64,000 nucleotides of DNA from Anthoceros angustus. Lineage: Eukaryota > Plantae > Anthocerotophyta. Shown here one piece after another: positions 48,497-60,771 of the stretch (positions within the stretch are counted from its first letter, which is position 1; each line of letters starts with the position of its first letter). The stretch covers positions 682,001-746,000 of the forward strand of contig MU008156.1 of assembly GCA_010909165.1 (NCBI GenBank), given 5' to 3'. A program made the translations under genes and the position numbers. The notes under the pieces are model-generated. The model was not told where the DNA came from, made no database searches, and worked only from the letters and a program-made list of their open reading frames with translations.

Positions 48497-51400
48497 TTAA
48501 TACATTGGATTGGGCACAGAATGTATAGGATGCCCTTTCTCGTTACGGGTCATGATTCGGCGAGCTAACGATACCTGCTTGCCCACCACAAACACATAAG
48601 CTTTACCCGTGCCTCCGGCTCCACGGGCTGTCCGCCCTACCCTCCGCACGTACTCGCTTGGATCCCGGGGGTAGTCGAATAGCACAACGTGCTCCACGTC
48701 AATGGAGTCCAATCCTCTAGAAGCCCTGCGGAGGAGACAGAAGCTAGTCGTCAACAGGGCTGAGACGAATTTCCTTCTCGCGGAACAACAAGGCTTCAGG
48801 ATGGGCACTTAAACTCGACCTGTCAGTGCACACCAGAACTGTTGGCTTTTCTGGGTTTAGTTGAAGAAACTGCTCCAGACTCTTGGCCCGTGCATCTTGA
48901 GTCAGAGCTGCATGGTACGGGAGAACCAGCAACTTCTCTCCATTTCTGTCGTACCTGCTAAGGACGTTCTCCACCTTCCTGCATGTTTCTATCTGCCAAC
49001 GGACTACATGTGAGATGCAGATCAGGCCACATTTGGTACCAGGTGTGTGGGCAGCAGGGAGATGACCTTGTTGCAGAAGACGATTGTCTTTGGCACTGGT
49101 CTCTGCTGTACCAGCTGCAGCAAGGCAATTTTCTTGGCCAAAAATGCTGTCTCCGGAGTTTTCTCATTTCCATCTGCTTCGCTGCAGTCTACAAGGATCT
49201 ACACCCGAGGACAATTCAGCTTATGCGTGCTGCCGAATGAGTCTTTCCCATGTACAAAAATCCGATGAAGCTAATGCCAACTCACCTCTTGCAGGCCAAT
49301 TGCCGTCCGGTGCAAGCTTGGACCCATCAAAGAGGCACAGTCTGGATATAGATTTGTCAACTTGTCATGCACATCCACGGGAAGAGTTGCAGTGACATGA
49401 ATGTATTGTGTTGGTCCGCTAACAGACTTTTTGATAGTCTGCAAGGCCGCTGAAAACTCTTCATCGTCATACAGAACATCTGCTTCATCCACAACCAAGC
49501 TGCACGCATGCAAACCCAGGAAATTACACGTTATGGGTTTCATGATGGCATAGATTGGCACATTCGTGAACACAAGCAACCAGCAAAGCGTTGTGGCTGA
49601 GAAGATTGGAGCCCAAATGTGTTCACCTTCTCAATTCTTCAAGCTGGATATTTCCCTCTTGTAGATGCTGGAGAAACCGACCTGGCGTAGCTATCACAAT
49701 TTCTGACCCCTGCTCTAAACTTTCCACTTGTGGTTTCCACTTAAAACCTCCGGTTATTAGCGTAGATCTGAAATGCAGACCACTCCTCGAGATAGTTCGG
49801 CACACATTCAGTACCTAGACACGCATGGCAATAATGTTACCACAATACTGGTAAAGTCACATGGAGACTATGACTGAAAATAACTATGGGCCTGATACAG
49901 ATAGCATGCAACCTGATTAGCCAGCTCGTTTGTTGGAACCAGGACCACAACCCGTGGCTTCTTTGCACCTGCTCTGCCATTTGTCCTTTCCTTCTCACGA
50001 ATATATTGCACAAGAGGTGCTAAATACGCTAATGTCTTCCCGGACCCCGTCTGATCAGCGATAATGCAGCTTTCACCATCCAGAACACGCTTATATGCAA
50101 TAGCCTGCAAGGAACAGATTTTAAGCTATCTGTCCTTTGGTGCAGAAACTAATTACACTTCTAATGTGGTAACCTATCTTTGCTAGTGGCAAGCAGCGAC
50201 TGGCACTCCAACCAATGGATAATTCAATTTTTCCAACTTCTGTATGCTTGCTGCTCAAACAAGGTGCAAAAAGCTAGAGCCTTTACCTGAATCTCTGATG
50301 GACGCTGAACATTCAAGGCTTGCAAAGACTGGATGACCTCCTCGCTAGCCCCTATGGATTTGAAAGTTTTGGGACTGAAAAAGCTATCTGATAGAGCTGC
50401 GTCATAGTTGCTCCTTGATTGCATGTTCAGGGACCTTTGGGCTATCTTCCCAGACAAGCGATCAACAGAGTCAGCACTTTCCCCAGATGGCTCAGTGCCT
50501 AGACCAACATTGGAGGACTTCTCTTTCCCAGTGGCAGCTGTTGAAGAGTTTGCCCCCGATTTTGTATATGTTTGATACCTCAAGGTGTCAAAAAAATTGC
50601 GGCTGATGCCACTTTCACTAGCGGTTTGACTTCTGCTGGTTGTTGTTTCTTCATCCTCTTTGTCAATGATCTCGACAATAGCTGCAGCAAAAGGACAAGA
50701 ATCAGAACATCCTGAATTACACTTGCACTTTGACAACATGAGCTTGCAACCTTGGAGTGCAGAAAGGGTTGATACACGCCATACTGCACATACCACCATC
50801 TGGAAAGCGGCTTTGAAGTTCAGCTGTGTCAGTCTCAAAAACATTCCTCGTTTCCCTTGGTGAGCTGGAGGAAGGGGTGCGAGCAGCCGACACCGATGCC
50901 TTTGCTGAGAGGTCTACCTTAGCAGCGAGGTCTGCCTTGGGCATCTGTGCGGGGTTCTTTACTAGAGGCCCCCTGGTAAGCCTGTATCCATCGCTCTCGC
51001 CATGCTCATCATCATATTCATCATCGTCCCCATCACTGTCTGTGTAACCATCAGCACCTTCATCACTATCCTCAATGTCAACTTCCTCGTGTTCCCCATC
51101 AAGTTCCTCACCCTCATCCTCATCCTTCAGCCCCCTCGTCCCTTCAGATTCATCCTCCTCAATCGCAATTTGAGGTGGGGCAGCTCTTTGCCTCCCACCA
51201 TCCCCCAGAACATGTGAAGTAGAGACCTCAGCAATAGCCCGTGCACCGCCCCCAAAGTCACGCCCGAAGACCTTTACTCTTGGTGGCCGGGTGATCTGCT
51301 TCATACTACTCCTGCCTCCGTCAGTGACTTCATCCACCTCTTCCTCCTCATCACTATCCTCTTCAAGATCAGAATATTCAGAATCTTCCTCCTCATCAGA

Positions 51401-52638
51401 AGCATCAGAAGCATCCTCGCCACTCAGCTCACCTTCATCAGCATCATATGACTCTGCAACCAGGGGGATATAAACATAAGAATTAGTGAACTGTAAGAAC
51501 CACCCACGTTAAACAGTATCTCAGACTTGAACCCACCTCGGCCCTTTCAGACACTTAGAAACCAAAGACAAAGGAGCCTACAAATGCGTACTTCACCCAG
51601 CATTACAAGAAGTTCTAACAGGTAACTGTGATAGGATAGTGATCTGCCGCCCGAGGAGCAAGAGTGATGAAGGTGGCGACATCGTATCCCTTCTCATGCA
51701 ATGAGGCCAACACAAGTGTAAGGAGGTGTCTCACTTCCTTGGACAACACCCCTGACACTGTACGCTCCCAAGGGCCCGTCCATGGAAGCCTCCATGGCCT
51801 TGTACCAAGTTTCCTCGCTCACAACACCAGAAGCCACCACTTTCGCAGGCTCCCATTGAAGATCTTTCTGAGTAGGTTTGGGAAGTTCCAGACCATCCAC
51901 TCCCAACACAATCACCTTTTCACCTGTTGTCTCGTCGAACATTTCATAAGCTGCATTGTTTGTATCCTTCCTCCTATCTTTGCGGTACCGGTCTGCACCA
52001 AATCTCTTGTATCCCCCCCTCTGCCCTTCCCGGCTTCTACCCTCCCCATAATCCCTTCTGGGCCATTCATTGCCCTTAAAATCGGAAGGCCCCCTTCTCC
52101 TAAAGTCGAAAGACTCCCTTCCCCTGGGAGCTGTCGAGCCCCTCCCCCTGAAACCCCTGGAATCTCTGTCTCCAAAGTTCCTCGAATCCCTACCGAAGTC
52201 CCTGGAATCTCTGTCTCCAAAGTCCCTTACATCCCTTCTGAAGTCCCTGGAATCGCTGTAGCCAGAGTCTCTTGAATCCCTGTCTCCAAAGTCCCTTGAA
52301 TCTCTCCCTCTGAAGTCTCTTGAGTCCCTTCCGCCAAAGTCTCGTGAGTCTCTCCCTCTGAAATCCGTGCCCCTCGGGTTCCATGAACTTTTACCTCTGA
52401 AGCCATCTCTGCCTCCTCTGCTGGTCTGTTCCGAGGTTCTAGCCCTCTCCCTCTGCTGTGAAACCGCAGACGTACAACTGACACCAGCACACCGCCACAA
52501 GCAGCGTGAATGCCTCTGCTGAGAAGCCAGGAGGCGAATGTCCGAGGACGCCACCCTGAAGCCGGTGCAGGGAAGCAAGTCGCGAACTGACCCCGCTGCC
52601 ATACCTGGGCGCATGTCCGCCCCAAGTGCCACAGCCAT
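48497..52638 (-). CDS. RH50: DEAD-box RNA helicase, RH50 orthologue (organellar), multi-exon
   Basis: Motifs [79 protein letters not shown] and RNEKGHP, with a transit-peptide-like N-terminus. Confidence 0.92.
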
Positions 52639-52883
52639 GTCTAACTCAGCAACACAGACAGCATTGCTGCTTGATAGCTTGCTACGCAAAACACGACATC
52701 AGCTCCAACTTTCCACGTTGGTGAACATTTGTGCATTTGTGCTGCTGGATGAATCGAGCCATTTGTCAGATCATAAACCCAAAACCCTCTAACTTGTCTT
52801 CTCTTGCCCTACCTTTCATCTAGTTGTCCCACACAAATTAGTGAGTGGTGTCGAAGAGGGGCACAGAGATTGCTCCTCATGAG
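52639..52883. promoter_or_regulatory. Probable bidirectional promoter between RH50 and CSL4
   Basis: The divergent ATGs are only 245 bp apart. A aaaaccct motif (telo-box-like) lies at about 52781. Confidence 0.5.
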
Positions 52884-53981
52884 ATGACAGAAAATGAACA
52901 GGAGGTGCTTCGCACGCCCGGGGAGGTTCTGGGGAGAGCTAGCGACTATGCAGCCGGGCATGGAACCTACGTTTGGGAGGATAAAATCCTGTCGTCTGTT
53001 TTCGGTACCCAATTCATTGTGCGTGCTCCTGATCAGGTTCGAACATCTGCTACTGCCAGTTAGCTTCCTTTGCTGTAGCATTTTGTTGCGATTGGTTGGT
53101 GTCGGACATCGATAAGCAGCTTGTTGCCTCATCCAGCGTGTGACTATTGAAGTGAGACGACAGAGGGAGCAAGGTGCTGTCCCAAATCCTGGCGTCGTAG
53201 TCACAGCCAAGGTGAGGCTCAATTCTTGTGTCTTTTTTGTACCTGAGGACTGTAAGAAGGGTTGGGTGCAAGCAAAATTTACGGAAGTACTTCGTGGAAT
53301 GCTGTCACTGCAAGGACTGACTCATCCGTGGCCGCGCAGGTCACCAAGGTTCAACCAAGAATGGCCTTTGCTGACGTATTATGCGTTGGAGCAAGAGCTG
53401 TCACCGACAAGTTCACAGGCATTGTCAGGTCATGGTTGTTCCCCCGAAACCCTATTTCGAAGCTGGCTATCGTGGCGACGAGTAAACCTCAGGGATGTTG
53501 TATGGCAGGCAGCAAGATGTTAGAGCAACTGAGATCGACAAGGTCGACATGCACGCATCGTTTTGCCCTGGTGACATCATACAGGCTGAAGTCGTATCCT
53601 AAATCCATTGCTTTGTTTGAGATGGTGCAGTCTCAGGCTTGAGTGCAGGCAACAGGTAGTAGCTGTTGTGTGATGCGAGCGTGAAGTCTTGACGCCGTTC
53701 GGCCAGCTTTCTCTAGGCGATGCTCGAGCGTATTACCTTTCAACGGCCAAGGACGAGCTTGGTGTTGTTTCAGCCAAGAGCGATTCCGGTAATGAGATGG
53801 CGGTGGGAAGCAGTTTTGGTTGTGGGGGTACGTGGTATTCCAGCTAAGGATTGTCTGCCAAGGTAGCTAAGGCTTGTCTGCCAATGTTTCAGGTGCAGCT
53901 CTGGTACCCATCAGTTTGAAGGAGATGCAATGTCCTCTAACCAAAGTAACGGAACCACGCAAAGTGGCAAAAACAATATAA
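52884..53981 (+). CDS. CSL4: Exosome cap subunit CSL4 (EXOSC1), multi-exon
   Basis: Exons read TPGEVLG...AGHGTYV, VPNPGVVVTAK, VTKVQPRMAFADVLCVG...FTGIVR, QQDVRATEIDKV...PGDII.AEV, SLGDARAYYLSTAKDELGVV and MQCPLTKVTEPRKVAK. Confidence 0.95.
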
Positions 53982-54371
53982 AGTCTCTGGCTACGGCCTC
54001 CACGCTGCCGTCACAGTAACTATGCCCTCGACAAAGGTTTGTTCAGGAAGTATCACTTTGATCCCTCACACGTCAGAACAGCCTGTCCTTTTTGTGAAGA
54101 ACCGACTGGCACCTTGAAAAAAACCCACCATCAAGGGTTGTTGGAAAGCTTCTACGACCTGGCCCAGACTTTGTCAGCCCAAGATCCTTGGCCATCACGC
54201 TTCGGTGTTAAACTCACCGGGGTCGAGGTCGTACAGTTAAACTTTACTGTTGCATTTTGCTGCAGGTTAAATTATAATATAATTACACCTGGGACATGTG
54301 AACGTGGTGTTTTATAAGCATTGTCAGGCTGGACTCTCAAAGTGCGTCTGCGTAATAACTCAAGGCCTATT

Positions 54372-56880
54372 TTATTGTAAAATAAAACTTTCGTGAGGTA
54401 CGTGGCCTCCGTCCTCCTTCAGACGTGCATTCGTCCTCTCTACCTCAAGGGCAATATCGTCTCTCCTTTCTCCCACCAGAAATTTGTGTACCTCCTTTCT
54501 CACCTCAATGCTCGCTACTGCAGGTTTCTTGTTGGCTCCTGCTGCCCTTCTGTGTGTTTCAAATCTGTCTACATCGGTCCACCTACCGGCCTCTGCGTAG
54601 GCATTGGCCTTGAGTACATACGCAGACGCCGTTTGAGGGTCCAGCCTAACAATGCTTTCAAAACACCACATTGCCCTCTCTGTATCCCCTCATCTAAATG
54701 GCCAGCATGCCCAAGAAGATCAATCATGCAGGTGTAATGCTCAATAGTAGGTTGGATGCCATGCTGTTCAGCCATGGAATCAAAGTGCCTGCGGCCCTCG
54801 TGGATCAGTCCCTCATGACAGCATGCTACTAGAAGGCAAGTAAAAGTAGCATCATTAGGCTGAACACCAGCTACTAACATCTCCTCAACTAGCGCCAACA
54901 TCTCCCTAACTAGTGCCTTGTGACCTTCATCACAAGCGTCATGCCCAGATATCAGGGCATTCCATGTCACCACATCCTTTGTCGCTAAGCTCTCAAAAAC
55001 CTGGCGTGCAGCCTCCAGTTTGCCACATTTTGCATACATGTGTCTACTGGGCAGTTGCCCAACACTGCGTCATCCTGCAGTCCTCTTCTGACAATTTGTG
55101 AATGCAGCTGCCTGCCCTCCTGTAAGGCACCAGTGCTTTCACAGGCCTTCAGGGGGCAAGCAAAAAAGTAACATCTTTAGTTAAAACCAGCCCCTCCTGC
55201 TCCATTTCTCCATACACAACAAGCGCCTCATGTCCGAGCCCTTCCTGAGCATACCCAGCGATTAGCTTTCGACAATCTGCGAGTGCAGCTGCCTGCCCTT
55301 CTGTAAGCGATCAGTGCTTGCACAGGCCTTCAGAAGGCAAGCAAAAGTAACATGGTCAGCCAAAATGAGGCCTGCCTCCTCCATTTGTCCATATACAACA
55401 AGGGCCTCTTGGCCAAGTCCTTGCTGCAAATACCTAGCCATCAGCGTTGTCCATGTCAACACATCCTTTGTGGCCAAGCTGTCAAAAACCTGGCGTGAAT
55501 CTTCCAGTTCACCACATTTTGCATACATGTCCACCAGGCCGTTGCCCACCACTACGTCATCCAGCAGTCGTCTATGAACAATCTGAGTGCAGCTCCCTGC
55601 CATTCTGTAAGGCACCAGTGCTAGCACAGGCCTTCAGAAGGCAAGCATAAGTGCCAACAAACAAGTTCGTAGACATGAAACTCTGAAGTGCTGCACCACA
55701 TTACAGTGCACTGTTCTGCCAGATTCCAAGTCGGACGCTAATGCACAAGCTCGAAGGGCAGCTACAAAGACGTGGGCATCCGCCTTCACTCCTCACCTGC
55801 GCATCTCATGGTAGAGTTGTATGGTCTCCACAGGTTTCCGTGCTTAGCATGTGCAGAGATGATGGAAAACCACATGAAGACATTTGATTTGCCCACCCTG
55901 GTGAATACATCCATGGCCTCCTGCCTCCTATCCTCCATATGAATACATGCGCAAGATATGGTTTCCCAAGTATGCCTCCGACTCGTACCCAAGTTTGACA
56001 GTGAGGTCATGAACTCGTCGCCCCAAAACCAAATCCTTCTTAGCTGCACACAGTTTTAGCACAATGTAAACCAGAGACTGAGAAATACCAGAATCTGTCT
56101 GCGCCAGAGACTCCAGGGCTCCAACGGCCTCAGAGAGCTCCCCCTGGTGAATTAACGTGCTCACGATTACAGCAGTAACGACCCCATTTCCGATCCTGCA
56201 CGCCTGACAGGTTTAGGCTTATCCGACGAGCTGGACTCGGAAGGAAAGGCACCATGGCCCATCTCCAAATCCAAGGAAATGAGCTGCCTATCAACCCAAG
56301 CTGGCTTACACATGTTGTTCAACATCAGAACTTCGCCAGACCCCTCACGCCGGAAGTCAGGCGAATGGGAGCTCTTCTTATATCGTCCGCTATCCACCAC
56401 ATGGTAGGGTCCAGAAAAATTGTTGCTACAAGTGCTCCTGCTCCTGGCCACGGCCATCGTTGGAAATCCCATCCCTACGCACAACCAATTTCGGAGATGG
56501 AAGTGGGCTCGTAACACTGCTGCACCTGGAGCCTTTGTTTGCCAGGGGTTGGCTCCCTAAGATGAGTTGAGCTCCTAGCTGTCGGAATATGAGTCTAACT
56601 ACATACTCCGGCAGGATGCCCAGGTGCTGTGTATGGCCACTACGTGCGGGGCTGGCTCCGATGCCGCAGCCTAAGCAACCCATAGTTTCCTCGGCCACTG
56701 TGCGGATTTTGCCATCCTGTAAGTACTTAATTGTTTGTGGGTGCCCAGGACGGAACAGGGAGAAAGAGTTGCAGGCTGGTGAAGATTTGTCAGGAGGTAA
56801 CGGGGCAGCGAGGAGGCCTAGCGAATAACGAGGTGGTAGACCTGTCCGAATTGGGAAGAGAGTGATGTAAGGGAAATCAT
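54372..56880 (-). pseudogene. PLS-class PPR RNA-editing factor pseudogene, DYW:KP type, DYW deaminase truncated
   Basis: PPR motifs (GNGLVDMYAKCG, KDVVTWNALISG, TFTCLLVACCHEG, HYTCMIDLLG), an E domain and KKPAVASIEV...VHKFLVGE...ARLKEDGGHVP followed by a stop. Several internal deletions and frameshifts. The 5' end is uncertain. Confidence 0.85.
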
Positions 56881-57249
56881 CCGATGCCCTGCATCTCTGC
56901 CATGTGCTCCGATGGCCATGTGGCATGTTTTCTGCCATGTTTCTCTCCCTAGGAGAATTGTGGCTCGTGACACCGGTCCTCTCGGTACTTCCGCAGTTGC
57001 CCGCTCGAGCTTCATAAGCCAAGCCGGCCGCCGCTTCCAAGGTGGAATTGGCAGCTCAGTAGCTCTGCTCCGATCTGCTTGCTATTTTGCTCTGATCTGC
57101 TGCGCCGCCCGCGGCCCGCTTCCCCCGCAAGGTTCTAGCTTTTTGCACTTTGACTGGAGCAGCAAGCATTCAAAAGTTCAGAATTGGAAGTCACCGATCC
57201 TCCCTTCAAGAGTTTGAGGTTCGGGACCTCACACTCCACAGTCGCTATC

Positions 57250-57420
57250 GGCAGCTTTCGTTTGGTGATGCTCTTGCGGCACTTGTGCCTTCTACGGCGA
57301 AGGACGATCTTGTTGTTGTTTCAGCCAAATGCAATCTCTAGTGAGATGAATTTCTGGTGTGGGTGCATGTGGTAAGCCATCCAGTGCCTGTCTGCGATGT
57401 CTCAGATGGACCCCTCCAAG
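57250..57420 (+). pseudogene. Decayed duplicate of a CSL4 3' exon plus following intron
   Basis: GDALAALVPSTAKDDLVVVSAK versus the parent GDARAYYLSTAKDELGVVSAK (53717-53780). Intron similarity continues downstream. Confidence 0.75.
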
Positions 57421-57943
57421 CATAGCTCTGTCGACCAACAGCAGGTTTCCCACTGCGATGAAAGCGGGGGTTCAAGGGGGTTTGATGTGAAGTGTGACAC
57501 TTGTTTCTATTGTAGGTCATATCTCAAGCGTGACACCTGTTTTTGTTGTGAAAAATGAATAACGTGGAAATTGAAGACGCCACCCGAGGTTCGATCTCAG
57601 GCTTTGGGATCCTATGCCCATTGACGTAACCACTAGACTATGGGGCGATCCGTGGACGCTAGCAATCAGGGCATTCTGTGGCTGACCGTTTCAATTGGAA
57701 TAAACCGATCCACTACAAAGAAAACCCAATGGTGAGATTCCTCTCTTCTCACAGTGGTCCGCGACGACCACATATACACCAATGTCCACCGAGCCAAGAA
57801 TTTTTACTACCTATACTCACCTGTGCGTATGGAATGCGTGCTTTCATGTGCACAGTACAGAACAAAAATTTCTCACAGACTCTAGTAGACTACCTAGAAG
57901 AAGTAAGAATGGATCTTGACACCGTGTTTTTTCCTTGTTCAAG

Positions 57944-58969
57944 TCACATTGTAGGAAACGAGGCATCCTTGTACATGCCACACAAGCCGTCAGAGCCTCC
58001 CACCCGTTTGATACGCATGTATCCCGACTCTCCCCAGTTCGTGCCCCAAGAGTTTTTGAGGAGCCAGTAGTCAGTTCCTCCTGATGTTCCCCACCCAATT
58101 ACCAGCACAGCGTGATCCAGGTCCGTGCCACAGTCCCCGGTGAAGATACCGGAAGCATACGATTGAAAATCCCTGCCTCCACCTGCAATTGCAACACTTA
58201 CTGGCTGATTGGCAACTGCATTTAACAAAGCATTCTCGTTCCGCGCCACATTCTCATATCCCGTGATGGATGCAACGTGGTTCTTTTTCTTGCTCGAATT
58301 ACAATTGCCATTTGAAGCTGAGTATGTATAATCACTTGCCGAATCAATCCCACCATTACGGGATATAAATTTGAAGGCGGACTCCATATTTCCACCATTA
58401 CAACCAGAACAATCGCCCACGCAATCAATAAGCTCTTGCTCGGAAAGCGAAACTCTCTTTCCAGCCTTGATGGAATGGATACCTTCTACTGCTCCGGTGG
58501 CAGAAAATGCCCAACAGCTTCCGCAGCTTCGTTGATTCTTCACACCAGTTAGTACCCCTTTGTTTCGCCAACTGAACGAAGTTGCGGTCTCTGGATTTTG
58601 AGATGACAACGTGGTTCGTGACTTGTTTTTCGGCGCAATATACCCTGTAGATAATTGCTGATGTTCACCAGATGTTAGATCCGATAACTCATTCAAGCCC
58701 AAGACGTGACTAATCTGTTGATTTCGAGAATCGATATAATGCACGTTATCCCGAAATATTTCAAAGCGCTCTCGCCTCTCGCTCTCATTGAGATAGCTTT
58801 TCTGGAAGCGTACAGCCCACGAATCAAACAGTCGCTCCAGGCTGTCACTCGATTTCAAATCATCCGGCTCGTAACCTGTGACCTTCGAGTCCAGCAAGCG
58901 AGCATGTGTGCCTACATGGAAAACTAGGACGAGTAGCAACGCTGTCAACAGGATTCTAGTAATCGCCAT
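57944..58969 (-). CDS. Papain-like cysteine protease (C1A), intronless, 341 aa
   Basis: Signal peptide, I29 prodomain (ERFNIN-like), and catalytic QRSCGSCWAF, DHAV and KNSWG. No granulin domain or KDEL. Confidence 0.96.
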   Translation of the reverse strand: MAITRILLTALLLVLVFHVGTHARLLDSKVTGYEPDDLKSSDSLERLFDSWAVRFQKSYLNESERRERFEIFRDNVHYIDSRNQQISHVLGLNELSDLTSGEHQQLSTGYIAPKNKSRTTLSSQNPETATSFSWRNKGVLTGVKNQRSCGSCWAFSATGAVEGIHSIKAGKRVSLSEQELIDCVGDCSGCNGGNMESAFKFISRNGGIDSASDYTYSASNGNCNSSKKKNHVASITGYENVARNENALLNAVANQPVSVAIAGGGRDFQSYASGIFTGDCGTDLDHAVLVIGWGTSGGTDYWLLKNSWGTNWGESGYMRIKRVGGSDGLCGMYKDASFPTM

Positions 58970-59103
58970 GTGACTCTGACGCTACAATGTGATCACCTGG
59001 ACTATCTTGGAGGAAGGAGGACTGCCAGGCATTCACGAATCATGTACCACAAGCATGCGTCTCTCCTTTCACGCCCTCCTTCTCTAATCAGTGGAGTTGC
59101 CAT

Positions 59104-59760
59104 CCCTGATCTGCCAGATGCACCCCAAGATTTGTGATCTGCCAGTCTCCACATGCACCCCAGGATTTATGATCTGCAAGTCTCCACATGCACCCCAAGA
59201 TTTATGATCTGCCAATCTCCAGATGCACCCCAAGGTTTATGCGGGGAAGGCTGTTCAACTGAAATTGGACCTTCTCCCGCCTACCTCTGCTTTTACACTC
59301 ACATGCGGACAAGTGCACCCCAAGATTTGTGGTCTCCCAGAAAGCCAGGCTTCACATGCACCCCAAGAGTTATGATCTGCCAGTCTCCAGATGCAACCCG
59401 AAGATTTATGATTGCCAGTCTCCACATGCACCCCAAGACTTACGATCTGCCAGTCTCCAGATGCAACCCCAGATTTACGATCTGCCGGTCTCCACATGCA
59501 CCCCAAGACTTACGATCTGCCAGCCTCCAGATGCCCCAATATTTATGATCTGCCAGCCTCCACATGCACCCCAAGACTTATGATCTGCCAGATCTGGAGA
59601 CTGGCAGATCACAAGTCCAAGACTTATGATCTGCCAGATCTGGAGACCGGCAGATCACAAGTCCAAGACTTACGATCTGCCAGATCTGGAGACCGGCAGA
59701 TCACAAGTCCAGGAATTAGGATCTGCCAGTCTCCAGATGCACCCAATATCTTGGGGTACG
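59104..59760. repeat. 35-bp minisatellite that converts into three 46-bp self-complementary units
   Basis: tgatctgccagtctccacatgcaccccaagattta occurs about 11 times, then tgatctgccagatctggagactggcagatcacaagtccaagactta three times. Confidence 0.92.
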
Positions 59761-60494
59761 CACCTCGCACTGAATGCGGAGCAGTACAGTAGCATAACGC
59801 AGGGGCCGCTGCATTTCAATCCTTGTAGTGGGAGACTCCTGGAGGAGAGCTGCGTAACTGGAGGTTTGCAAAGAAAGAGAGACGCATCAGTGTGCACACA
59901 GCTGAGCGCCTGGGTCTCAAGCGGGAATTTGAGGCTGGAGGGGCCATTTCCGCTATGATCCAGCAATCTACAAGGGCGTGGCCGCTTCCAGGTCCTGACG
60001 CAGCGTGTCCCTACCGGACTGAACTTGCAAGAGCTCATTCTGAAGGCCAAGTGCAGTCGTTCGATCAGAGGCTACATTCCCTCGCAAATTCGCAGTCTCC
60101 TCCTTCATCCTCCGGCGCCTGGAAACCACAACAACATCCCAGGTGAGCGGCCTGTTCCAGGCCGCGCCTAACTTAGCCTCCGACTCAACCATTGCAGTCG
60201 GCCGCGATGGTGAGCCTCACAGCGACGGATATCCCCCCCTCGCCCCTCCCTCGAAGAAGGCCACCTGAGCTTCCGTCGCTTTCTGGCAGGATTAGGGTGA
60301 GGGTTTGCATGTCGGGGGCTTCAAGCCGGCCATCGTGACTGACATGACCAGCATGAGCAGACCCTGTTGAAACGGATTCGCTTCAGCTTGAAAATTGTAT
60401 CACACCTGGACTTGCGAAAACATATATCTGCGAGCAATGCATGCTGTTCGATGGCAACTGACGACAATGTTGATGGCCCCGTGGGAGGCGACGG

Positions 60495-60771
60495 TATTGG
60501 AATATGCAGATATCTCCTGCATGGCAGTTAGGCACACACACCGTTTGAAGGAGACTCACACCTCTTCACCAAGAGGCATCTCCTGCATGGCAGTTAGGCA
60601 CACACACGGTTTGGAGGACACTCACACGTCTTCACCAAGAGGTAGTATACAACATAAGACCGATTGTGTGCTCACTCTTGAATAACAATTCTCTCTTCTA
60701 TGTGCCTAAATACATCCTGTCCTGGTATGAGAGCATCTTGGCCTGCCTGATTTCCTATATGGTACGAGAGC
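60495..60771 (+). mobile_element. Lone 5' LTR + PBS related to the 28029-36346 Copia family
   Basis: tattggaatatgcag...tttcctata (60495-60759, with an internal duplication) followed by PBS-like tggtacgagagc. It matches the reverse complement of 28029-28225. Confidence 0.8.

Noticed and set aside
59968-60192. Coiled-coil-like minus-strand ORF as a Gypsy/TE fragment
   Set aside because: No diagnostic motif; too short to assign.
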